DNA of 64,000 nt from an uncultured Verrucomicrobia subdivision 3 bacterium (GCA_903850425.1 CAINLR010000141.1:45296-109295), one strand, 5' to 3'. Numbered from the stretch's first letter, positions 1 through 9,206 are shown. The notes: generated by a model from the letters alone, not told the origin. Numbers and translations are program-made.

Positions 1-1527
1 GTCCAGCAGTCCGCCAACATTGACGGTGACATCGGAGGCGTTGGCAATTTGGTTGACTTTCAGCAGCTTCACGCTGCCACTGATGACCAGGTTAGCGGGG
101 ATGGCATAATCGAAACCGGGTTTGTTCAAGAGTAGTTTGGCCGGGGCATCAACCGTGGTGGTGCCCGCATAAGTGTTGGCCGCCGAGCCTTCAAAATAAT
201 GCGATCCGCTGCCGAACAATTCCAGACCGCCGGCGCCGCTGATCGGCCCGGCAATGTGCAGTTCAGAACCGGCGACCCAAGCGTCCAGCGTGGTGTTCGC
301 GCTGACGGTGACCGGTCCGGTCCAGGTGTTGATGCCGTTTTCCACATCCAAAGCGCCCCAACTGCTGTTAGCGCCAAGGCCAGCCAAGGTCAGCGCTTCG
401 TTGGTAATGACGATGCCGCCATCCAAAACCAGCGTGGCCCCGTTGGTGACCACGGTGCCGCTGCTGGTGCCCCCGAGAGCCGCCGCATTTTCCGCCCACA
501 GCCAGCCCTGGCTCACGGTCGTCAGTCCGGTATAAGTATTGGTGCCATACAAATAGAGATTGCCACCGCCCGTCTTCGTGATGGCCGCCGCGCCCTGCAT
601 GCTGTTGGAGACGATGAGACTGCCGCTCGCCACATTCATCACGCACGGCCCGGCCCCGAGTTGAAGCGTGCCCGTGCCGTAGATACTTCCCCCACCCGTC
701 ACGGTGATCGTGCTCGGTGCCACCAGCGTCAGCGGAGCGGTGCCCACATTGACACTGCCGCCGTTGTTCAAGGTCAAGCTGCCGCTGATATCCTCGTCGA
801 GATTATTCAAATCCAGCACCCCCAGGCCATTGATCGTGATGGGCTGACCATTCGGAATTTCCTGATCATACAATAGCTTGACCGTGGCACTGGCGGAACC
901 ATCACTGATGATCAAGGGGCCACCAAACGCCGCGTTTAAGGCACCGCACTGCAACAACAGGGTGCCGCCATTGACTCGCGTGGTGCCGGCATAAGCATTG
1001 GCACTGCCAGCGTAGGTCAGCGAACCAGGACCCGTTTTGATCAGTCCGACGGCCCCGCCCACATTGCCGGAGAGTTGCAAGCTGTCCGTGACCGCCACCG
1101 TCACATCCGCCGTGGTCAGAGTCAGGCTGTTTTCGATGGTGTTATTGCCGACGGCATTCGTGGCCATGATGCTGTTGGTCAGCGTGAAGGCGTTTCCTTT
1201 GATGTCAAATCCGCCCGCGAGGAAACGGATTTGGTTGAGGGTGAGGCTCGCAATATTGTTGCTGGTCACCAGCCCGACCGCGCCCTGAAAAACCAGCGAA
1301 TCCCCGTTGGCCGGAATGCCGGCGCCAAACCAATTGGCGCTGTTATTCCAACTGCCGTTGCCAGCGCCGCCGTTCCAAATCAGCGTGTTGGCCCCGGCGG
1401 GAACCGCCAGCAGACCGAGACAGAGCGTGAGTAGCACGGTCCAGCGTGCCGAAACGAAGTAGCTGCCTGACCTGAGTGATTGGCGGGAACGTGAAACAAG
1501 GGAAGCAATAATAGTGTTGGTGCTCAT
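1..1527 (-). CDS. Autotransporter-associated beta-strand (PATR) repeat protein, N-terminal part; C-terminus lies beyond the left window edge
   Basis: The reverse frame is open from the ATG at 1527 to position 1. It is absent from the ORF track because no stop falls in the window. My translation is MSTNTIIASLVSRSRQSL..TVLLTLCLGLLAVPAGANTLIWNGGAGNGSWNNSANWFGAGIPANGDSLVFQG..GLIKTGPGSLTYAGSANAYAGTTRVNGGTLLL. That is a signal peptide followed by motifs typical of PATR (TIGR02601-type) repeats. Confidence 0.7.
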   Translation of the reverse strand, partial: MSTNTIIASLVSRSRQSLRSGSYFVSARWTVLLTLCLGLLAVPAGANTLIWNGGAGNGSWNNSANWFGAGIPANGDSLVFQGAVGLVTSNNIASLTLNQIRFLAGGFDIKGNAFTLTNSIMATNAVGNNTIENSLTLTTADVTVAVTDSLQLSGNVGGAVGLIKTGPGSLTYAGSANAYAGTTRVNGGTLLLQCGALNAAFGGPLIISDGSASATVKLLYDQEIPNGQPITINGLGVLDLNNLDEDISGSLTLNNGGSVNVGTAPLTLVAPSTITVTGGGSIYGTGTLQLGAGPCVMNVASGSLIVSNSMQGAAAITKTGGGNLYLYGTNTYTGLTTVSQGWLWAENAAALGGTSSGTVVTNGATLVLDGGIVITNEALTLAGLGANSSWGALDVENGINTWTGPVTVSANTTLDAWVAGSELHIAGPISGAGGLELFGSGSHYFEGSAANTYAGTTTVDAPAKLLLNKPGFDYAIPANLVISGSVKLLKVNQIANASDVTVNVGGLLD

Positions 1528-1724
1528 GATTTCCTCGAGGGTTTGGTTTACCTACTTATGCGTTGGATTAACAAAGCAATCCTTGAGGTTACTAAAGCAA
1601 TAGTCAAGAAGTATTTAGTCTCTGATCGGAAACGCAGAATTGCCCGCATTTTGAACCTCCGCCGGGGCGAGTCTCAGACCGGTGCCGACTGAATTAATCG
1701 GCCAACATCAGGACCATGTCGCGT

Positions 1725-2207
1725 TTAATGCGGGTCTTCCCCGCGCAAGTGTGCCACGCCTTCGCGGATGGCGGGGGCTAAAATCTCCAGACATTCGCGC
1801 ACCGCGGTCGGCTTGCCCGGCAAATTCACGATGAGCGTTCGGCCGCGCGTGCCCGCCACAGCGCGCGATAAAATCGCCGTCCGCACTTTGGCGAACGATT
1901 GCATCCGCATGATTTCACCAAAGCCGGGCAACTCTTTTTCGAGCACTGCCCGCGTCGCCTCCGGGGTCACGTCCCGCGTGGAAATCCCCGTGCCGCCGGT
2001 GGTGATGACCAAATCGCATTTAGATTCGTCGGTAAAAAATTTCAGCGCCGCCGCAATCAATTCCACTTCGTCGGGCACAATCGCCGATTGAAAAATCGCC
2101 GCGTCGCCGAAAACTTCGCGCAACGCTTTTTCGATCGCCGGCCCGCTGCGATCCGCGTAAATGCCCGCGCTGGCGCGGTCGCTGATGGTGATGCGGCCGA
2201 TTTTCAT
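1725..2207 (-). CDS. mog: Molybdopterin adenylyltransferase (MogA/MoaB family)
   Basis: 160-aa ORF: MKIGRITISDRASAGIYADRSGPAIE...LVITTGGTGISTRDVTPEAT...LPGKP. This is the MoCF biosynthesis domain signature. It overlaps the moaC stop by 4 nt. Confidence 0.85.
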   Translation of the reverse strand: MKIGRITISDRASAGIYADRSGPAIEKALREVFGDAAIFQSAIVPDEVELIAAALKFFTDESKCDLVITTGGTGISTRDVTPEATRAVLEKELPGFGEIMRMQSFAKVRTAILSRAVAGTRGRTLIVNLPGKPTAVRECLEILAPAIREGVAHLRGEDPH

Positions 2208-2653
2208 TCTTTCACCTTTTCAATCACCCGGACGCCTTCGATTCGCATCGTTTTGTCCACCGCCTTGCACATGTCGTAGAGCGTCAAGGCCGCCACGCTC
2301 ACGCCGGTCAACGCCTCCATTTCCACGCCGGTCTGCGCGCAGGTCTCCGCCGTGCAAACAATCTCCACCGCGTCACGCCGCACTTTGAAAGTGAGCGCCA
2401 CATGCGTCAACGCCAGCGGATGGCACAGCGGAATCAGCTCGCTCGTGCGCTTCGCCGCCTGGAGGCCGGCAATCTGCGCCACCGTCAGCACGTCGCCTTT
2501 CGGTAGCGCATTTTTTTTCAGCGCGCGGATGGTGGCCGGTTCGCAAACCAGTCTGCCCTCAGCCACCGCGCGGCGATGCTGCACGGGTTTGGTGCCGACG
2601 TTAACCATGCGCGCCTTGCCGGCGGCGTTGAGATGGGAGAATTGTAGATTCAT
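2204..2653 (-). CDS. moaC: Cyclic pyranopterin monophosphate synthase MoaC
   Basis: 149-aa ORF with HLNAAGKARMVNVGTKP...TAELIPLCHPLALTHV...TGVEMEALTGVSVAALTLYDMCKA, a classic MoaC sequence. Confidence 0.9.
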   Translation of the reverse strand: MNLQFSHLNAAGKARMVNVGTKPVQHRRAVAEGRLVCEPATIRALKKNALPKGDVLTVAQIAGLQAAKRTSELIPLCHPLALTHVALTFKVRRDAVEIVCTAETCAQTGVEMEALTGVSVAALTLYDMCKAVDKTMRIEGVRVIEKVKE

Positions 2654-2657
2654 CGGA

Positions 2658-4355
2658 TTACGCGCCCAGCATAGCGGTCGTTGGTAAAAAATCCACCTCG
2701 GCGCCGGCGGCGAGGGAACCTTGATTTACCGGCACGCGCAACAGCGCATTGGCCGCCGCGAAACACGTCACGTCGCCGGAACTCGCCCACGCCAGCGGCT
2801 GCAACCGGATTTCACCGCCGGAAAACTCCAGGCGCGCCGGCCAGAGCGTTTCGCGCGGATTGGGTTTGTCGTCCAACTTTGCCGCCAGCGTGCCGCGCAA
2901 AAACCGTGGTGCGGCCTCGCCCACCAACCTGGCCAGCGCCGTCGCGACGGCGAAATGAAAACAGACGAAATGGGATAGCGGATTACCCGGCAAGCCAAAC
3001 GCCACGCACGCACCCTGGACGCCGAAGATGAGCGGCTTGCCGGGGCGAAGATTCACGTGGGAAAAAACAATCTCAAACCCCAGGTGCTCCAGCAACGGGC
3101 GGGTAAAATCTTTGTCGCCCACGCTGGCACCGCCGGAGATCAGCACGACATCGGCATTTGAGATTGGAGATTGGAGATTGGAGATTGCTGCCCGCGCCAA
3201 CTCGAAGTCTTCGGGCAAATGCCGCTGCACGATCTCGCCGGGCCAAGGCTGCAGCAGGCTGCGGATCAAAATGGAATTGCTGTCGCGGATTTGTCCCGGT
3301 TGCGGTGTTTGCCCGGGCGGGATAATTTCATCCCCGGTGGTGAGATGGACGACGCGCAAACGCGGACTCACGAGCGGTTGCGCGCAGCCCGCCGTTGCGA
3401 GCAGCGCCAGTTTTCCCGCGTCCAGACGTGCCCCCGCTGGGACCAACAACTGACCGGCCTTCACGTCCTCCCCGCGCCGGCGGACGTTGGGGACGAGCTC
3501 GTTCCGCACAATGTTGATGCGGTCGCCCTCGCGCTCCACATGCTCCTGCATCACCACGCGCAGGCCGCCGCACGGCAGCGGAGCACCGGTCGCCACCCGC
3601 ACGGCTTCGCCGGCTCGGAGTTGACGCGGCTGCCAGCCGGCGGCGTGAATCGTATCCACCACATGAAAATATTCGGATGCGTCATCGGCCAAAACCGCAA
3701 AGCCGTCACGGCTGGAACAATCAAACGGCGGTAAATCTTCCGGCGCGCTCACCGCCTCGCGCAGCACACGCTCAAACGCCTCGGCGAGCGGCGCGGGCAC
3801 GGCGGGCAAGGGCTGACAGCGTGATTGAATTTCCGCGATGGCTTCGTCCAGCGAGCGGAGCGCGGGACCGGAGCCCGCAGCGGTTGGCCATGAACGATCA
3901 CCGGTCTTGGCTGCAGACTTCTGAACTTCCAACGTGCCGCGGGTCACCGCCCCGCGCTCCGGCTCGAGACTCGGCCACGCCCGCCGCTTCCAAATCGGCA
4001 CATCCTGTTTGAGGCGGTCCATGAATTCGCCCAGCAAGGCAATGGCTTCCGCGCGATGTTTTGCAGCGACGCCAACATAGATCGCCGCCTCGCCCACGGG
4101 GACCACGCCGATGCGATGGAGGATGCGGGCCGCCTGACACGGGTGCCGCGCGGCAAGGGTCTCCAACAGCCGCCGGATTTCGCGCACGGCCATTTCGGGA
4201 TAAGCCTCGTATTCGAGCGCCGCAATTTGCGCGCCGTTTTCCGCCGCGCGAACCACGCCGCGAAATTCCAGCCACGCCCCCAGCGGGCCGAGGTGCGGCG
4301 GGAGCGAAATCTTTTCTGCGATGGCCGCGCCGGTCAGTTGGATTTCAATTTCCAT
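2658..4355 (-). CDS. Fusion protein: molybdopterin synthase catalytic subunit (MoaE-like N-terminus) plus molybdopterin molybdenumtransferase (MoeA)
   Basis: The first ~125 aa are MoaE-like (LEYEAYPEMA...HRIGVVPVGEAAIYVGVAAKHRAEA...DVPIWKRR). The remainder is MoeA-like (SLDEAIAEI...DCSSRDGFAV...ISGGASVGDKDF...GLPGNPLS...). It is a single uninterrupted 565-aa ORF. Confidence 0.85.
   Translation of the reverse strand: MEIEIQLTGAAIAEKISLPPHLGPLGAWLEFRGVVRAAENGAQIAALEYEAYPEMAVREIRRLLETLAARHPCQAARILHRIGVVPVGEAAIYVGVAAKHRAEAIALLGEFMDRLKQDVPIWKRRAWPSLEPERGAVTRGTLEVQKSAAKTGDRSWPTAAGSGPALRSLDEAIAEIQSRCQPLPAVPAPLAEAFERVLREAVSAPEDLPPFDCSSRDGFAVLADDASEYFHVVDTIHAAGWQPRQLRAGEAVRVATGAPLPCGGLRVVMQEHVEREGDRINIVRNELVPNVRRRGEDVKAGQLLVPAGARLDAGKLALLATAGCAQPLVSPRLRVVHLTTGDEIIPPGQTPQPGQIRDSNSILIRSLLQPWPGEIVQRHLPEDFELARAAISNLQSPISNADVVLISGGASVGDKDFTRPLLEHLGFEIVFSHVNLRPGKPLIFGVQGACVAFGLPGNPLSHFVCFHFAVATALARLVGEAAPRFLRGTLAAKLDDKPNPRETLWPARLEFSGGEIRLQPLAWASSGDVTCFAAANALLRVPVNQGSLAAGAEVDFLPTTAMLGA
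3160..3187. repeat. Tandem heptad array (GAGATTG x4) inside the moeA coding region
   Basis: Direct reading of gagattggagattggagattggagattg. It is translated in the gene frame as ..ISNLQSPISN.. immediately before the conserved DVVLISGGASVGDKD block. Confidence 0.85.
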
Positions 4356-4491
4356 TGTGTTAAGCCTCGCGCAAAGGTCGCCAAGAACGCAAAGAAAATA
4401 AACCTATTTGCAGGCCTGGCTGAGGCGGCGGAGATTTTAGTCCGAATCCTGTCCCCCCAGTTGTGACGATCCCAAATACTCGCGCCGGATT

Positions 4492-5232
4492 TCAGCGCGG
4501 GCACAAAAAACTAAGTTGCCGGCGGTCAATCCAGCCGTCGCCGTTCTGGGTGTGAACGAAACAATAGTCGCCGTGCTGGCGCAACTGGCGGACAGCTTCG
4601 CCTAGCGGCAATGACACCATCTCTTCCGCCGCCTGCGTGGGCGTCAGCCGCAGCGCCGTGTCTTTCGCCGTAACGATCGCGAGGTTGGACCGCGTGACCA
4701 AACCGACGAACGGTGCCAGGCACAACAAAAACACCCCTAACGCCAGCGCCGCCACGGTCTGGTGCCAGCCGGCTTTGCGCCATCGGAAAAATCCGGGCAA
4801 CGTCACCAGCGCCACCGCCAGCCACAAACTCCCGCCCGCGATCCACGTCCAGCTGTTGGCCGGCAGCCAGGTGGAGGTCTCCTCGAACCACGACAAGTCG
4901 GGCAGATTGATCTGGGTCATCTCCACGACATACGCCAGGTTGCTGCGCGCCGCGTGGTCAAAGGGATTCAGCCACGCCGCCTGCTCCCAAACCAAAACCG
5001 CCGCGCCCGCGTGGCCCGACCGCCATTCAGCCAGGCCAAGGTTCCGCAAGGTTCCCGCAGCGGTTTGGTTGGTGAGTGAATCTCGGAACGCCTGTGCCGA
5101 CTGCTCAAATTGTCCCGCTTCGTAGGCGGCAAGGCCGGCGCTAAAATGAGTTTCGCCCGCGCCGAAACTAATTTGGCCGCTGGCCATCAGCGCCAGCAAC
5201 AGCACCAGAAAATTTCTCAAGTGGGTCTTCAC
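4492..5232 (-). CDS. BatE-like TPR plus SH3 domain membrane protein
   Basis: The GTG at 5232 overlaps the batD stop (GTGA). The product VKTHLRNFLVLLLALMASG.. has a signal peptide, a TPR-like segment (AAYEAGQFEQSAQAFRDSL), TM helices and a C-terminal SH3-like tail (GDYCFVHTQNGDGWIDRRQL). The 462-aa track ORF is an upstream over-extension that overlaps batD. Confidence 0.6.
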   Translation of the reverse strand: MKTHLRNFLVLLLALMASGQISFGAGETHFSAGLAAYEAGQFEQSAQAFRDSLTNQTAAGTLRNLGLAEWRSGHAGAAVLVWEQAAWLNPFDHAARSNLAYVVEMTQINLPDLSWFEETSTWLPANSWTWIAGGSLWLAVALVTLPGFFRWRKAGWHQTVAALALGVFLLCLAPFVGLVTRSNLAIVTAKDTALRLTPTQAAEEMVSLPLGEAVRQLRQHGDYCFVHTQNGDGWIDRRQLSFLCPR

Positions 5233-7064
5233 AAGCGCGCCTCCAGCTTCAATAAAATTTCTTTCAACGCGGATTTTTCCGCCAGCAAACTGGTCTGGGT
5301 TCCAGCGGCCGTGGCAAACGCCGCCGCATCGGCGACGGCGAAAAAGCGCCGGACGGTTTCGCCATCTCTTCCGGCGCACTCGGTCGTCGTGAGAATTTGC
5401 AGCACATCGCCACAAACCAAGGCGCGCGGGGTCGCGGGATAATGCGGTGCGGTAGCAATCTGCAAGGCACTGATGCCGCAACCAACAAAACCAGCGGCAT
5501 TGCCATTTTGCGCCGCGAGTTCCAGCGAACGCATTTCCCGCCGCAACGCGCGCCGCGCCAGGCGGCGCCGGATAATCTCGGGATGCTGTTCGAGAAACCG
5601 GCGGCGGCGATCCCACCACCACAGTCCGCAAAAGCCCAGCGCGGGCAGCAGTTGCACGAGCGGGAACCAGCCGCGCATTTGCAGCGGCACGAGGCTGCCC
5701 GCCGTCCAACCGGGCGTCGGCGCGAGTTTGCTCAAGCTGATTTTCGCCTCCGGCTCCGCGGTGTTTTCGGAAAGCATCAGCGCCAGGTCGGCATTCGTCA
5801 GCACGTCGCCCGCCAGCACCGAGATAGGCATCGGCGCGATGGAGAGGTCCACATATTTGCCAAGCGCCGGATCGAAACAACTGAACGGAATGGCCGGCGT
5901 GGCGCGCGGATCGGTGGTCAGCGGAATCAGATTGAATTGGAAACTGGCTCCGGGATTGGTGGTTCCCAGGCCGGGAACGATCGCGCCACGCACGGCGGGA
6001 AAAACCTGCCAGCCCGGCACGCGCGGCGGCGGCGGTGGATTGATCCGGCCCAGATTTTTTTCGCCGCGAATAACCACCGTGAGCAGCACCGGCTCGCCGA
6101 CTTTCAGCACGTTCGTGGCGAGGCTCGCCGGATCGCTCCGGTAGCGGCCGACCACGCCGGTGAAACCTGGCAATATGCTTTCGGTTGGCAGCGGACGAAC
6201 ATTGATCGTGACCGGTTCCGAATCGAGCAACAGCATGCTCGGCGGCCCGCCGGGAATGGTCACTTGGCCAGAAATGACAATCTGTCCCCCGAACTGATTG
6301 CCCGAGGTGAAGCCCTGCGCCGATAGTTTCAGCGGCCCGGAAGCAATCGGCGTGACGCTGGTGTCGTAAATGAACGCCGCGCCATTGCGACCATTTCCGC
6401 CGATCATCTGAATGGATTGGCGCACCGAATTTTTGTCCACCACAAAACTGTCGCCATTGAGCTGCACCTCGGACAATCCTTCGACCGCGCCGCCCGGACT
6501 CGACAGCAGCCGCACGCTGGCGTTGAAAACTTCACCCACGAAAACATTGGTGGCAGACGACTCAATGAGAAGTTGTCTGGCCTTCGTGTGCGGCTCCGGC
6601 AAGTCCGTTTTCACTTCCAATTGGGCCGCTGGCACCACCACCGGCTGGCCGTAAACTTCCACGGGAAATGCCGGAACGGTGAACTGCCCGGCCTCCGCCG
6701 CCCGGACTTCATAATCAAATGTGGCACACATTTGGTAAGAACCGGCGACGGATTGCATCGCCTGGCCGCTCGCGCTCAGATGGCATTTCAGAGGCGCCGG
6801 CAGCGGCAGCTTTTCCGGCCAGCTGACGGAAATGGCGGTCGCGTTGAACGTCACGCGATAAACGGCTTTTTCCCCCGGCTGAACCAGCGGTGGATCGAAT
6901 GACGCGGTGGCGGAAACCGGCGCGGAAATATTCACCGCCGGTTGCGACCGCACGATCTGAATCAACTGATCCGCCGTCGGGTTCACCAGCACTTGAGCGT
7001 GCGCGGTGGGAAATTGTCGTGCGGACAAAACCAGCAGCAGCACAATGAAAAAGTGGACACGCAT
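5229..7064 (-). CDS. BatD-like oxygen-tolerance protein
   Basis: Start chosen at MRVHFFIVLLLVLSA (signal peptide), 7 nt after the upstream stop. It is a large beta-rich periplasmic region with a C-terminal TM segment (WFPLVQLLPALGFCGLWWW). Its position in the operon after the TPR protein matches the canonical bat order. Confidence 0.65.
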   Translation of the reverse strand: MRVHFFIVLLLVLSARQFPTAHAQVLVNPTADQLIQIVRSQPAVNISAPVSATASFDPPLVQPGEKAVYRVTFNATAISVSWPEKLPLPAPLKCHLSASGQAMQSVAGSYQMCATFDYEVRAAEAGQFTVPAFPVEVYGQPVVVPAAQLEVKTDLPEPHTKARQLLIESSATNVFVGEVFNASVRLLSSPGGAVEGLSEVQLNGDSFVVDKNSVRQSIQMIGGNGRNGAAFIYDTSVTPIASGPLKLSAQGFTSGNQFGGQIVISGQVTIPGGPPSMLLLDSEPVTINVRPLPTESILPGFTGVVGRYRSDPASLATNVLKVGEPVLLTVVIRGEKNLGRINPPPPPRVPGWQVFPAVRGAIVPGLGTTNPGASFQFNLIPLTTDPRATPAIPFSCFDPALGKYVDLSIAPMPISVLAGDVLTNADLALMLSENTAEPEAKISLSKLAPTPGWTAGSLVPLQMRGWFPLVQLLPALGFCGLWWWDRRRRFLEQHPEIIRRRLARRALRREMRSLELAAQNGNAAGFVGCGISALQIATAPHYPATPRALVCGDVLQILTTTECAGRDGETVRRFFAVADAAAFATAAGTQTSLLAEKSALKEILLKLEARL

Positions 7065-7071
7065 ATTCTCG

Positions 7072-8013
7072 CTACCAGGTGCGCCCGGACCGGTCCTTGG
7101 GTTTGCCTGGTTCGCCCTGCCCCATCGGCAACTGCTTCCCATCGGGTTGAATTCCCATCATGATTTGTCCCGCTTGTTCGGGCGAAAGTTTCAAGCCCAT
7201 TTCCTGTCCGCCGCCGCCTTTGTCGGATTCCTCCTTGCCGCTCAATGATTCCGGCTTGGGCTTCTCGCCGCCATCATCATCTTCCTCCCCATCGTCACCG
7301 GGAGCGCCGGGCGGCATGTTCGGCGCGGGGATTTTTCCCTTCAACTGTTTCAACAATCCCTCCAGCTCGGCTTTTTTTCCATTCATGTTCGTCGCGGCCG
7401 ACTGCATCTCGCGCAGACTGTCCACCAGTTTGGCAATCGCCTGTGCCACGACCTCCGCATTTTTCACGGCATTGGTGTCGGCGGGATTCAGTTCGGCAGC
7501 ACTTTGAAAATCGCTGAGCGCGCGCCGCCATTTCGCCAGCGTTTTGCCATGTGCTTCCATGGCCTTTTTCACCGCCGCCGTCGCCGACTTCATTTCCTTG
7601 CGCACGCCACGACCAGCGACATACGCCTCGACCATCTGCTGGACATCGTTGCTCGCCAGCGCCTCAGCGGCCTTGTCCACCGCGCCCGCGCCCGCTTCCG
7701 TCGCAGCCCGGCTGCGTTTGGCGGTGCCTTCCGGGGATTTTTTCAACTCCTGTTTGCCTAGCGTGAAGCGCACATAGCCCAGATCGTAAAGCGCCTTGGG
7801 CGCGATCTTCTCCTCGCGCTGCTTGAGCGCGGTTTCCAACGCCGGTTCCGCCTCTTTCCAGTTTCCCGCGCGCATCTTTTCAATGCCAGCGTTGTAAAAA
7901 TCGCGGGCGGTTTCAGCTCGGGCGGCCGGGGAAGCAACGGGAACTTCGGCGTTGGTCACCACATTGGTAGCCGCCGAAACAGCGGGACAATTGAAGATGG
8001 AAAAAAGGAACAT
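7072..8013 (-). CDS. BatC-like TPR-domain protein (alternative start at 8121 would read through a palindromic repeat)
   Basis: MFLFSIFNCPAVSAA.. is a signal-like N-terminus. It is followed by a TPR-like segment (ARDFYNAGIEKMRAGNWKEAEPALETALK), coiled-coil and an acidic Gly-rich tail. The ATG at 8121 forms an ATGA overlap with the batB stop and is in the same frame. Confidence 0.6.
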   Translation of the reverse strand: MFLFSIFNCPAVSAATNVVTNAEVPVASPAARAETARDFYNAGIEKMRAGNWKEAEPALETALKQREEKIAPKALYDLGYVRFTLGKQELKKSPEGTAKRSRAATEAGAGAVDKAAEALASNDVQQMVEAYVAGRGVRKEMKSATAAVKKAMEAHGKTLAKWRRALSDFQSAAELNPADTNAVKNAEVVAQAIAKLVDSLREMQSAATNMNGKKAELEGLLKQLKGKIPAPNMPPGAPGDDGEEDDDGGEKPKPESLSGKEESDKGGGGQEMGLKLSPEQAGQIMMGIQPDGKQLPMGQGEPGKPKDRSGRTW

Positions 8014-8111
8014 CCAACATCCAACATCCAACACCCAACAACGAATGGCCGAGCGGCGTCCACCTGCGCCATGATTGGATATTCGATGTTGGATGTTCGA
8101 TGTTGGATGTT
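8009..8111. repeat. Palindromic GAT-heptad element A (arms 8009-8045 and 8076-8111)
   Basis: The left arm is aacatccaacatccaacatccaacacccaacaacgaa. The right arm is ttggatattcgatgttggatgttcgatgttggatgtt, the near reverse complement. The spacer is ~30 nt. Confidence 0.85.
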
Positions 8112-8117
8112 TCGCGT

Positions 8118-9146
8118 TCATGTCACTATTCCTTTTGCGCGTCGCGTGCCGATCAGCGATTCCACCACCAGCAGCAACAGCCCCGCCGCGACCGGCCAAT
8201 AGAATCGTTCCACGCCCCGACTATGCGTGCGCTGCAAACCCGCCGCGCGATCCAGAGTCTCCACTGCCGAGCGCACTTTCGCCAGTCCTTCGCCAAGTTG
8301 GCCCAGCGGAAAATAATTCCCACCGGTCGCCTGCGCGATGGCCGTCAGCGTTTTTTCATCCAACCGACTCACCACCGGCTCACCTTTGGCGTCGCGCACC
8401 AGTTCCATTTGGCCGACCGGATTCAACATTTGAATCTCGCTGCCCGCCGGCGAACCGAGGCCCACGGTGAAAACCACCACGCCGTTGGTGGCCAATGATT
8501 TCGCGGTTGCCACGCCACCTTTTTCCAGATCTTCGCCATCGGTCAGCAGCACGACGAGTTTGCGCCGGCTGTTTTTTTCCATCGCATGATTCGCCTCGCG
8601 GAGCGCCCGGCCGATGTCGGTGCCAGGGATGGGAATCGTTTTTTCATCCAAGGCTTGCAGCGCGGTTTCAAACGCATCGTAGTCCAACGTCAACGGGCAC
8701 TGCAAAAACGCGCTGCCCGCAAACCCGACCAAACCCACACGACCGCGGCCGTGCAAGCGGACAAAATCGTTGATGGCCAGCTTCGCACGCTGCAGCCGGT
8801 TGGGCCGGACATCCGTGGACAACATGCTGTAGGAACCATCGAGCACAAAGACCACATCCTCGCCAAGCCATTGGCTGCTGGACTTTAATTCGCCCCATTG
8901 CGGACGCGCCAGCGCCAGGCCGGCCAGCGCCAATGCGAGCAACAGCAAACCATTCTTGAATCGCCGCCGCGCCGGACTGTGCGACCTTGTGAGTTCTTCA
9001 ACGAAACGCGGCGAGGCGATTTGCGCCAGTTGCTGTTTGCGCTGCACCGCCGCGCGATGATGCAGCCACGCCAGCAACGCGGGCGCGACCACCGCGAGCA
9101 ACAGCCACTGCGGCGCTTCAAAATGCGGATGTGAAAAATCCATCAT
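8118..9146 (-). CDS. BatB-like von Willebrand factor A domain membrane protein
   Basis: 342 aa with two N-terminal TM helices. The VWA/MIDAS block is DVVFVLDGSYSMLSTDVRPNRLQRAK...VVLLTDGED, and there is a C-terminal TM helix. Confidence 0.85.
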   Translation of the reverse strand: MMDFSHPHFEAPQWLLLAVVAPALLAWLHHRAAVQRKQQLAQIASPRFVEELTRSHSPARRRFKNGLLLLALALAGLALARPQWGELKSSSQWLGEDVVFVLDGSYSMLSTDVRPNRLQRAKLAINDFVRLHGRGRVGLVGFAGSAFLQCPLTLDYDAFETALQALDEKTIPIPGTDIGRALREANHAMEKNSRRKLVVLLTDGEDLEKGGVATAKSLATNGVVVFTVGLGSPAGSEIQMLNPVGQMELVRDAKGEPVVSRLDEKTLTAIAQATGGNYFPLGQLGEGLAKVRSAVETLDRAAGLQRTHSRGVERFYWPVAAGLLLLVVESLIGTRRAKGIVT

Positions 9147-9206
9147 GGAGCTAATCGCAGTTCATGGAATTGGTCCGTGCTTGAGTGACGGTTTGATTGA
9201 GAGCGG

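Noticed and set aside
199-876. Plus-strand ORFs in the first 1.5 kb (199-876, 254-535, 1037-1288, 1075-1434)
   Set aside because: They overlap the reverse-strand PATR-repeat gene, which has a convincing signal peptide and repeat motifs, and they have no recognisable features of their own.
3160-3187. The heptad arrays (also 25252-25279, 9381-9415, 8009-8111, 11045-11139) considered as possible CRISPR or mini-CRISPR arrays
   Set aside because: The unit length is 7 nt with no unique spacers, and no cas genes are present in the window. They are tandem or palindromic simple repeats, not CRISPR.
4356-4491. Possible Moco riboswitch in the 136-nt leader upstream of the moaE-moeA operon
   Set aside because: Location and length are suggestive, but I could not recognise the conserved Moco-motif helices or loops by eye. 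A covariance-model search (Rfam Moco RNA motif) would be needed. A significant hit would overturn this rejection.
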